From positions 1,170,983 to 1,193,438 of the forward strand of contig NC_057758.1 in NCBI RefSeq assembly GCF_004010195.1: a DNA stretch of 22,456 nt, read 5' to 3'. The translations under genes were made by a program, and so were the position numbers. A model generated the notes under the pieces. It saw only the letters and a list, made by a program, of their open reading frames with translations, made no database searches and was not told the DNA's origin. Positions 1-8,335 of this stretch are shown here, one piece after another. The stretch is from Chiloscyllium plagiosum (lineage: Eukaryota). Numbering within the stretch: position 1 is the first letter of the stretch; each line of letters opens with the position of its first letter.

Positions 1-139
1 AGTGGTCGGGCTAGCTGGGACGCAATTGCCTTATCAGTCCCAGGATCAAACCTAGGAATTTCTTCTTTTGTGGGCGTTTGAGGGTAGTGGCAAGGGACAA
101 TTTAAATTGCCATTGGGCACTCACTGATTGTCCTTACCT

Positions 140-545
140 GCGTACCCTAGCTCGATAACTTCCTTCAGCCTCTAAAACCCTGTCTTCCTCTGTAACCTCC
201 TCCAGACCTACACCATCCCCATCTCCGCAACCTCCGCCAGCCACAGCACCCCCTCCTTATCGCTGAAACCGCCTCCAGCCTCTGCACCTTTCCTTTGTCT
301 GTAACTCCCTCCAGTCGCTAAACCTTCCTTTTCTCTGTAACCGCCTCCAGTCCCCTTCACCTCTCCCTATCTCTGTAACTATCCACCTTTCCGTGCACTG
401 CCACCCTATCTCCCCTTCTCAAAGATCTCTGCATTTCTGCAATTCTATCCTCCTAGAACATTCCTTCATTTCTATCGTTTGTCCGCAGAGGGAAGGGGTG
501 GCATGGACTTTGGGAATATTCAGACTCTGGGACTTGCTCCCCGTC
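140..545 (+). repeat. ~36-bp degenerate minisatellite (CCCTATCTCTGTAACCTCCTCCAG-like), probably expanded from and running into an L2-type LINE 3' end
   Basis: TGTAACC-like cores at ~155, 191, 226, 264, 300, 336, 374 (spacing 35-38). They are followed by AAGATCTCTGCATTTCTGCAATTCT..., which resembles the vertebrate L2 3' region as I recall it (not searched). Confidence 0.6.
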
Positions 546-673
546 TTTTGCTTCTTTTGCAATTCACTTCCATTCCTGAGAGGGAAGGACAGTCCATGAC
601 TCAGAAAGAGTGAGAAACTGTCAGTGAGAGAGTGAGGAGTATGAACATTGAGAGAGGCAGACACTTACCAACC

Positions 674-792
674 GATGTGGAGATGCCTGTGTTGGGGTCG
701 AGGTCAGTGGTCAAACTGCACCAAGTAAAATAGTAACAGGTTTGTTTCAAATCACAAGTTTTGGGAAAGTTGCTGTTTTGTCAGGTGAAGTG
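674..792 (-). mobile_element. Old short interspersed element of the Penelope-LTR/hammerhead-derived type; core decayed
   Basis: Minus strand reads CACCTGACAAAACAGCAACTTTCCCAAAACTTGTG...AAACCTGTT...CCAACACAGGCATCTCCACATC, resembling a common shark repeat whose consensus carries CTGATGA...GAAA. Heavily diverged. Confidence 0.4.
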
Positions 793-1019
793 GTCTGGAC
801 AATTCAGGACCCTGTCAGTGCATTCCCGACACCGTTGTTCATTGGAGTTCATAAAGCTACCTCCAACATCAAACCTTCCAGAAGCTTCACACCACATCCG
901 CGATCTGAAAGCACAGCTGACGGCCACGTCTGTCTCTGAATCTGAGGAATCCCGGTGAAAGATGGATTGACATTGTAATATCCAACTGACTGGAGTCCTG
1001 TGCCAGAAGAAGTGGACTG

Positions 1020-1685
1020 TCCAAAGTTCACTGTCCCAGTATCCGTCAGTTGCAGCGCTCACTGTCCCAGTCTCTGTCCGTCCCACAGCTCACTGTGTCA
1101 GTTTCTTTGAGTACAGAGCTCACTGCCTCAGTCAATGTCAGTCCAGAGCTCACTGAAGCCAGTTGCACACTCAGGCCTTCTGTTCACTGTTCCAGTCACT
1201 TTCTTTCCCTCAGCTCACTCTCTCCTCGTCTCTGTCAGGCCTAATGCTCACTGTCCCAGCCTCTATTCGCCAAACAGCTCATTGCCCCACTCTCTGTCAG
1301 TCCCAGAGTTCACTGACCGAATTTTTATCAGTCCCAGAACTCACTGTCCCAGTCTCTGTCTGTGCCAGAACACATTATCCCAATCGGTGTCAGTTCCAGA
1401 GCACCCTATTGCAGTCGGTGTCAGTTCCAGAGCACACTATTGCAGTCGGTATCAATCCAGTGCTCGCTGTCTCCGTCTCTGTCAGTCCCAGAGAACACTA
1501 TCCCAAGTTGGTGTCAGTCCAAGAGCACACTGTCCCAGTCTATGTCATTCCCAGAACACACTGTCTGAGCCTCACTCTTGGAACAAGAGCGCACTGTCCA
1601 CTCTCACTCTCAGTCACAGCCCTCGCTGTCTCAGTCTTGCTGTGTGAGTCGCAGTCCTCACTGTGCCAAACTGTGTCAGCTGCAC
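1020..1685 (+). repeat. Degenerate ~31-bp satellite/minisatellite (consensus ~CTCACTGTCCCAGTCTCTGTCAGTCCCAGAG)
   Basis: Recurrent CTCACTGTCCCAG and GTCAGTCCCAGAG words every ~31-33 bp; same unit and orientation as 12740-18723. Confidence 0.85.
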
Positions 1686-1800
1686 AGTCATAGAATCATT
1701 CAGTACAGAAAAACCTCCAAACCCAATTCGGCCATGCAAACCAGGAAATCAAAACTGAACTATTTCCATGCACCTGCATTTACCAGGATCCATCTAAACA
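1686..1800 (-). mobile_element. CR1-type LINE 3' terminus (first part of a split copy; continues at 3973-4203)
   Basis: GTCATAGAATCATTCAGTACAG...CCATGCAAACCAG...ATCCATCTAAAC is a diverged reverse complement of the CR1 3' end seen on the + strand at 5555-5682. Confidence 0.65.
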
Positions 1801-1862
1801 GTTGGGTGGCAAATGGTTCAGTGGTTAGCTCTGCTACCTCACAGAGCTAGATACCCGCGTTC
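1801..1862 (+). mobile_element. tRNA-derived SINE (HE1-like), 5' head with pol III A box and first half of B box
   Basis: GGGTGGCAAATGGTTCAGTGGTTAGCTCTGCTACCTCACAG...ACCCGCGTTC: A-box-like TGGTTCAGTGG at 1814-1824 and B-box GTTC at 1859-1862, then an abrupt switch to LINE sequence. Confidence 0.75.
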
Positions 1863-3736
1863 TGGAGACCAGCAGGAACTCGGGTGCTCCCCAACAGAAA
1901 ACCCTGAATGAATCAGAACATACAGAACCTGCTAGAAAAAACAGGGGCGAGGCCTTCAGATCAGGAGACCTACTCAAGTATAAGGAAACCAAGTATGACC
2001 TTCGCAGGGCCATTAAGACAATACCGATCCAAACTAGAGACCCAGACAGACACCCGGCGACTATGGCAAGGACTGAATGGTATCACAGGTTATGAAAGAG
2101 ACAGTGCAAGATAGCAGACGATAACGCATCCCTCCCAGATCGTCTCAACGCCTTCTCTGTTTGCTTTGAGCAGAATTTCGGCAGAGAGCTAACACCTATT
2201 CTGACGAGTCCTGACGAACCTATCCCACCAGAGGTCAGATCAGTTTTCCTTCGTGTGAATCCAAGGAAAGCGATGGCACCAGACGGAGTAGCAGGCCATA
2301 CACTCAGAGCATGCACAGATGAGCTCGCAAAGGTCTTCGCGGACATCTTCTACCTCTCCCTGCAGCAAGCCACTGTCTCTGCTTGTTTCAAGAGGGCCAA
2401 CATCATCCCTGTGCCTAAGAAGGCACATGCAGCGTTTCTCAATGATTACCGTCCAGTGGCCCTATCTTCGGTGGTCATAAAGTGCTTTGAAAAACTGGGC
2501 AAATCCAGCCTCCGCACTACTCTTGACCCACTCCAATCCGCTTTTCGGATCAACCAATCCATATCAGATGCCATATGAATTCCCCTTCCTGGAACATCTT
2601 CACACCAATTACAGCTACATAAGTATCTTATACATTGACGGCAGTTCAGCCTTCAGCACTATTATCTCCTCGAGACTGATAACTAAATTTAGTGATCTCG
2701 GACTAAGCCCCACTCTCTGCAAAAGAATCCTCAGTTTCCTGACTCGCAGGCCGCATTAAGCGAAGATTGGGGATAATATTGCATCCTCACTAACACTCAA
2801 TACAAGAGCAACCCAGAGGTGCGTACTCAGTCCCCTACTGTACTCACAGTGTACCCATGACTGTGTCGCCAAATACCAAACTAATGCTATTTACAAGTTC
2901 ACTGATGACATGACGTAGTCGGTCGAATCTCAGATGGCGACGAAATAGACTACAGACGAGAGATAGAAGACCTGGAGAAATGTGAATTGAGAGCAATCCA
3001 GCTCTCCATGCCGACAAACTCATTATTAACTTTTGGTAGGATGTTGCTCATGCACCCCCTCCCCCTCCAAACACACAAACGCGCGCACACACACACACAC
3101 AAACACAATGATTGCACAGAGGTGGAACGAGTGGATAGTGTCAAACTGCTGGGAGTGTTCATAATCGATAAACATTCTTGGGTACTTCATGTGGACGCAC
3201 TGGTTGCAAAGGCCCAACAACGTCTCTTCTTCCTCAGACAGCTGTGGAAATCTGGCATGACGGTGAATGCCCTTGCCAACATTTATAGGTGTGCCATCGA
3301 GACGATTCTGTCTGGACGTTTCACTGCCTTGTATATCTACTGTACCATTCAAAATCGCAGACAGTTCCACAGAGTAGAGTACTCGACTCAGACAATCACA
3401 AAGGCCAGCCTCCCATTTACGTAATTCATCTACAGGGCCGCCAGCATTCTCAAAGATCCATCCCAACCTGTTTTTCCACAACCTCCACCATCGTGGAGAA
3501 GGTACAGAAGCCTGAACACACGCACCATCTGGTTTTAAAACAGTTTCTCCCCGACTGTTGTTCGAATACTAAATGGCCTCACAAACTCTGCCTGCATCTA
3601 TGTTTTATTTTTTGCCTCTGTTTGTCTATTATTTACTTATCTATGCCACTTAACCATAAGCTCTGCCTGCATTGTTCTCAAGATAAAGCCTTTCACTGTG
3701 CCTCTGTCCAGGTGACAATAGATTCAATTCAATTCA
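1863..3736 (+). mobile_element. Rex1/Babar non-LTR retrotransposon, 5'-truncated and degenerate (RT plus 3' UTR)
   Basis: ORF pieces NPRKAMAPDGVAGHTLRACTDELAKVFADIFYLSL, IIPVPKK...LNDYRPVALSSVVIKCFE, LDPLQSAFR, ILYIDGSSAFSTII; PRGCVLSPLLYS at ~2812-2847; KFTDD at ~2895-2909; VERVDSVKLLGVFI, KAQQRLFFLRQL. Multiple stops and frameshifts; ends in (ATTCA)3 at 3722-3736. Confidence 0.88.
3069..3107 (+). repeat. (CA)n microsatellite inside the Rex1/Babar copy
   Basis: ACACACAAACGCGCGCACACACACACACACAAACACA. Confidence 0.85.
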
Positions 3737-3972
3737 TTTCTGGCGACTGCCTGTGTGGAGTGTGCACGTTCTCCACATGTCAGTGTGGGTCTCCTCCCAC
3801 AATCGAATGCTGTGCAGGTTAGGTGAATTACCCAAAGTACTCATGAATGTGGAGGGTTGGTGCATTACTCAGGGGAAATGTGAAGTAATAGGGTCGATGA
3901 GTAGGTCTGTCTGAGTTAATCTTCGAAGGGTCGGTGTTGACTGGTTGGACCAAATAACCTGTTTCCACACTG
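3737..3972 (+). mobile_element. tRNA-derived SINE (HE1-like), body and LINE-derived 3' tail; continuation of 1801-1862
   Basis: GGCGACTGCCTGTGTGGAGTGTGCACGTTCTCC...CTCCCACAATC...GTGCAGGTTAGGTGAATT...CTTCGAAGGGTCGGTGTTGACTGGTTGGACCAAATAACCTGTTTCCACACTG matches the V-SINE/HE1 core and a CR1-like tail. Confidence 0.75.
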
Positions 3973-4203
3973 TTCATGCGGCTCTCTGAATGTCGTTTAC
4001 ATTTGACTGCTCGTTCCATGAACATACCACCATCGGTGTGAAAGTGGTGTCCCTCAAGTCCCTTTTAGTTCTTTCCCCCGAACCTTAAATTTATGCCTTC
4101 TAGCTTTGGGCTGTCAAACGCTGGAGAAAAGACGTTTCACATAGTCTATATCCCTCATATTTTTGTAAAATGTTATAAGACCACATCTCAGCCTCCTGCA
4201 CGC
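3973..4203 (-). mobile_element. CR1-type LINE 3' region (second part of the copy at 1686-1800)
   Basis: TTCCATGAACATACCACCATCGGTGTGAAAG...GTCCCTTTTAG...CCTTAAATTTATGCCTTCTAG...CCTCATATTTTTGTAAAATGTTATAAGACCACATCTCAGCCTCCTG is colinear with the reverse complement of 5285-5480. Confidence 0.65.
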
Positions 4204-4377
4204 GGGGGAGGATGGGGGGAGGCAGACTGACGCCTCTGTGTGTATATAACTGACGCGGGGGTGAGATCAGACTGAACCCACACAATCGGCTTCTCACATG
4301 TGGATGTATGTCCACTGACACAGTGCCTCCCTTTCTGACCCCATGCATTCCTCTTTTTTCCTAAAAAATGCTGATTT

Positions 4378-6068
4378 TCATTGGTTAAGCAATTTAAGCG
4401 AGATTGTTATTGGATACTTGAACATATCCTTCACCTGATCCCTGCACTTGGTCAATGCAATGGCATAAATACAAGTATGTGTACAACACCGTGTGAGCTG
4501 ATAGACGTATCCAATATCATGTACAAAATAATGCAGCCAGATAGACTTCTGCCCCAATAGTCACGCCCACTTATATATTGAATAGAACATAAAGTTTGCC
4601 CATGACAGTTGGCCGAGATGAGAAATGGTAAAATTATGCATTTTTTCCGACTCTCCATTTTTGGATCTGTTCCATTGTTTCCCCTGCTGAGAGTCTGGAG
4701 TACCCTGCGGGCTTTGTTAGCCATTAGGACATGTCTGACAAACAAAGCATTGAACAGCACAGTCAAAAGAATTGCCAAACACGGGGTTAGAAGATGATGA
4801 GTAATTTCCATTCTTCCCCAGATGTCTGATAATTTAAAACACAATCTTACTTCACAAAACCAAGGAAGGTTCTTTAGTCGTTTCTGACTCGTTAACATAA
4901 AATACCAAAATATATTCTTTAAACAACTTAGCACCATCACTTTTCCCAGTGCCACAGATGTTGATTTCTCGATGCAATATTTACAGTTCAATTTCTGGCG
5001 ACAGATGGCCACAAATTGATCAAAGCTGAAAACAACAGATAGAAGAGTCCGTGGCTGCACAGAAAAGAATGGCATGGATGTTGCACAAAGAGACCTTGGA
5101 GTGCAGGTTCATAGTTACTTGGAAATGGAGTCGCAGGCAGTGAAGAAGGCTTCACTGCCTGCTTTCTATTATTGGTCAGAGTATTGAGTACAGGAGTTAG
5201 GACGTCATATTGTGGATGTTGCCAGAGTTGGAGTATTTGAGCTGTAGGGAGAGGCTGAACAGGCTAGGGCTGCTTTCCCTGGAGCGTCAGTAGTTGAGGG
5301 GTGACCTTATAAAGGTTTACAAAATCATGCGGGGCAAGGATAGGGTAAATAGACAAATTATTTTCCCTGGGGTCGGGGAGTCCAGTACTAGAGGGCATAG
5401 GTTTAGATTGAGAGGGAAAAGATATCAAAGAGACTTTAGGGGCAAAGTTTTCACACAGAGGGTCATACATGTATGGAAGAGCTGCCAGAGGAACTTTTGT
5501 AAGCTGGTACAATTGCAACATTTAAAAGGCATTAGGATGGTATATGAATAGGAAGGGTTTGGAGGGATATGGGTCAGGTACTGGCAGGTGGGACGAGATT
5601 GGTTGGATATTTGGTCGGCATGGATGGGTTGGACGGAAGGATCTGTTTCTATGCTGTACATCTCTAAGACTCTCTGACTCTAAGGAAGGATTTCACAAAC
5701 TGAAACTTGCATATGCAAATATTTGGAATGTACCTCAGCGTCAATTCAAGGATGTTGTCCAGTAGATTCGCCATCTCCACCAAACACCGGGTTACACATT
5801 TGTATAGACTGCATTTTGCCCGAGACAGGATTCCAAACTTTGGAATGTTAACTATGAGAAAGGACTTTAAAACCTGAATATGATAAATCAGTTGAAGAGC
5901 ACATACTCTAATCGACAGCATAGAGAGTGGTTTCAACTCGGAATTAACAGGCACCCGTTTAAGACTGATATGAGGGCGGTTGGCTTTTCTCAGATTCTTG
6001 AGTTCTTCAAACGCCTTTTTTTTTACAGAGCGATATGGAAGCAAGAGTCTTGAATATGTTGGAGTCAT
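4378..6068 (-). pseudogene. Class A GPCR pseudogene, GPR139/GPR142-like (family expanded in cartilaginous fish); two exons; split by a CR1 insertion
   Basis: Exon 2 begins after a CCTTTCTCATAG acceptor (AG at 5853-5852) and reads NIPKFGILSRAKCSLYKCVTRCLVEMANLL...(5851-5683). It resumes below the CR1 as CNIHAILFCAATDSS / FSFDQFVAICRQKLNCKYCIEKS (DRY-equivalent DRF decayed to DQF)...LLTPCLAILLTVLFNALFVRHVLMANKARR...DPKMESRKKCIILPFLISAN / LSWANFMFYS...CCTHTCIYAIALTKCRDQVKDMFKYP, with the stop at 4378-4380. There are at least two frameshifts and an in-frame TGA at 4561-4563. The putative exon 1 (6068-5948) is less certain. Confidence 0.85.
5085..5682 (+). mobile_element. CR1-type (HER1-like) LINE, 5'-truncated 3' end, inserted into the GPCR exon
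   Basis: AGAGACCTTGGAGTGCAGGTTCAT (RDLGVQVH); ORF LRGDLIKVYKIMRGKDRVNRQIIFPGVGESSTRGHRFRLRG...FTQRVIHVW; tail TCTCTAAGACTCTCTGACTCTA; internal deletions. Confidence 0.9.
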
Positions 6069-6262
6069 TTTGGCCTCAGAATGATAACCCTCTTCCTCTC
6101 CCCAACGATGCTTGTCCTGAAGGAAAGCCACACTTGACGTGAAATAGTACTAGACAGGGTAAACGGAGAAAAGTGTTCCTGATCACTGGTAAACTCCAGA
6201 CCTGGTGGTGGGGTGAGGGAGAGTGGTCATCACAGTCTAAAGATACTGTGCAGGGCTGAGAA

Positions 6263-6340
6263 GAAACGTGAACTCGGTTTCCTTCTCTCTCCACAGATGC
6301 TGCCAGACCGGCTGAGCTTCCAAGTTTTGCCCTGATATCA
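6263..6340 (+). mobile_element. Remnant of short hammerhead-headed element (only the GAAACGT half of the core retained)
   Basis: GAAACGTGAACTCGGTTTCCTTCTCTCTCCACAGATGCTGCCAGACCGGCTGAGCTTCC shares the GATGCTGCC(A/T)GACC body with 7235-7331, 11187-11270 and 15229-15458. Confidence 0.55.
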
Positions 6341-7234
6341 GTGTGCCCTGATGACATTTTCACTGCGTCAATCGCCTTAAAGGAGCACTCACTGGACATC
6401 AGTAAACACATCATAGATGCCATTGCACGAACACGTTGCTGACAATCGAATGTAGACTGATGGCATCAGTGTTTTCGCTGGACTGAAACAGCGCTACTAG
6501 TGTTGCAGCAAGTTCCTGCATCCCATCTAATCATTCCGAAAATTACAATAGATTTTGGACGTGCATCATGTGGACTGAATGGAGGACAAGATGGAACAGG
6601 AACAAGTGAACTCGGCTTTAAAGGTAATAAATATTTCAGACTGTTTCTTGCCCCATGTGATATTTGTCAAACTCAGTTCCTCAGTTCCTGATTTCGTTGC
6701 CCACCGCCATTTACAAGTGAATTATGGCGGAATGGCAAATCCTAAATCACAACTGTTGCTTTGATGCTCACGCTGTTCCATTGATCACATACAACATGTG
6801 CTGATTGGGTCCAAAGGCCTGAATTACCAACTCTTCATTAATTCTCTACATCATCATCAGTCTCTTCATCAATTCTGCATCTCCTCTTTCTGTATATACT
6901 TGATTCTGTCTTTGTCAAGCTCCTTGCAACGTCTCCCTTCAGCAAATATTAGTCCCTTCCGTTCCGACAAATGAATGATTGAGGCACCATCATCTCCACG
7001 TTCACTCTGTCAAATTTACTCTGAAGCTTTCTTATTTCACTTCCGAGTCTTTGAAATTCCAAATGATACAAACTTAGCCTTGACACTGAGAATGTTTCTT
7101 AACAACCAAAGTCTCCCACCATCTATTCCTTCCACCTATGTGTTTCTCCCCTTCCTGACTCCCTTTGTCCAGGTGCGAAACTCCGGCAATAAATTTGCAA
7201 TAAGAAAACAACAATGAAATGATTGAAATTGGAG

Positions 7235-7331
7235 AATAAACCAGAATGACTGGAGGGACGTTGCAGGTCTGGCAGCATCTAGGGACAGAATAACAGAGTT
7301 AGCATTTCTGGTCCAGTACTCTTCTTCAGTA
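7235..7331 (-). mobile_element. Short hammerhead-headed element, diverged
   Basis: Minus strand: CTGAAGA-AGAGTACTGGACCA-GAAATGCTAACTCTG...AGATGCTGCCAGACCTGC. CUGANGA and GAAA are retained; stem II and the cleavage triplet are decayed. Confidence 0.6.
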
Positions 7332-7619
7332 ACCGGGACTGTTGTCACCACTCCCGTTTTGGACAAGGGATTCAGCTGGCACTGTTTCTATTTCTGCCGA
7401 GTTTGCTATGAGCCTGTGGATTGCGCTGAGTGCGTTCTGCATCAAAGGCTCCTCTCTAGAACAGAACAGCAAAAAAACCAGCAGACCTGTCAGAAACTGC
7501 AAGCAGTTAGGGAGGAAGGATCGATATTTGAGGGATTTCAGACAGAACCTTTGGAGAAATTGATTGTGTTCACTGGTGTATTTACTCATTGTGTTTGTTT
7601 TTGACTGTCAATGGCGTTT

Positions 7620-8000
7620 AGATTAAGTCAACATTCATACAGATCTGGACTAGCCTTGTAAATACGATGGGTGCAAGAGTCTGGAAATCCTGCAGGGAGT
7701 CACTCTCCTCCTGAGTCACCCCAAAAGATTGTCCGCCATCGAAAATGCACAGCCTCAGCACTGTGATGGAATACTCCCACTTACCTGGAAGAATGCAGCA
7801 ATTCAATACTTGGGAAGTTCGCCACCAAGGAGGTCAATGCACCACACTCACAAACATTCATTTCCTTCACCATCTAAACACAGAAGCAGCAGTGTATAAA
7901 ATCCACAAGATGCATAGCAGAAATTCAGCAAAGATCCTTAGGCAGTCCCTTGCAAACCCACAATCACTTTTCTCTGGAAAGAAAATGCAGCAGATATATA
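7620..8000 (+). mobile_element. Old CR1/L2-group LINE fragment (C-terminal RT region)
   Basis: Decayed STVMEYSHL..., NIHFLHHLNTEAAVYKIHKMHSRNSAKILRQSLANP resemble the post-RT (RSxMEY...SLHHRR...YKMH) region of CR1/L2-group LINEs. Confidence 0.55.
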
Positions 8001-8068
8001 GAACACCACACCACCTTGCAAGTTTACTTGTTGGAACTTTGATCAAAATACGATGATAATGATATCGA

Positions 8069-8265
8069 TGAGCTCCACACCCTCCCCACATTTACTGCAC
8101 ACGGTACATCTAAAAGGCTAAGAACATTGTGGGAGACACCACACACACCTCACTCAAACTCTTCTCCCTCTTGCCATTTGGCAGAAGGTACCAGACTACA
8201 CAGCGTCTCATGGCGAGACCGTACAACACTTTCTTCCCAAAGCCATCAAGCCCCTTAACACAGCA
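8069..8265 (+). mobile_element. Second, older Rex1/Babar 3'-end fragment
   Basis: KAKNIVGDTTHTSLKLFSLLPFGRRY...NTFFP, homologous to 3430-3570 of the larger Rex1/Babar copy. Confidence 0.7.
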
Positions 8266-8335
8266 CAATCGGTCTCTTTCCATCTGAACTTGTTTCTTAT
8301 TGCTGCTCGAAAAATATCTCCAAATATTCATCATT

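Noticed and set aside
600..673. Minus-strand splice donor (TG|GTAAGTG at ~662-670) suggesting an exon
   Set aside because: The upstream sequence is a repeat remnant and no coding exon can be supported.
1020..1685. Possible CRISPR-like array (regular ~31-bp repeats)
   Set aside because: Units are contiguous and degenerate with no unique spacers; eukaryotic context; no cas genes.
1801..1862. tRNA gene
   Set aside because: Only A/B-box remnants, with no complete cloverleaf; continues as a SINE body after the LINE insertion.
4452..5075. Functional 207-aa GPCR
   Set aside because: Fragment bounded by frameshifts; the true frame has an internal stop and a LINE insertion.
6345..6480. CTGATGA/CTGATGG words as further hammerhead or C/D-box motifs
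   Set aside because: No hairpin-GAAA-NUH arrangement or terminal stem follows; consistent with chance.
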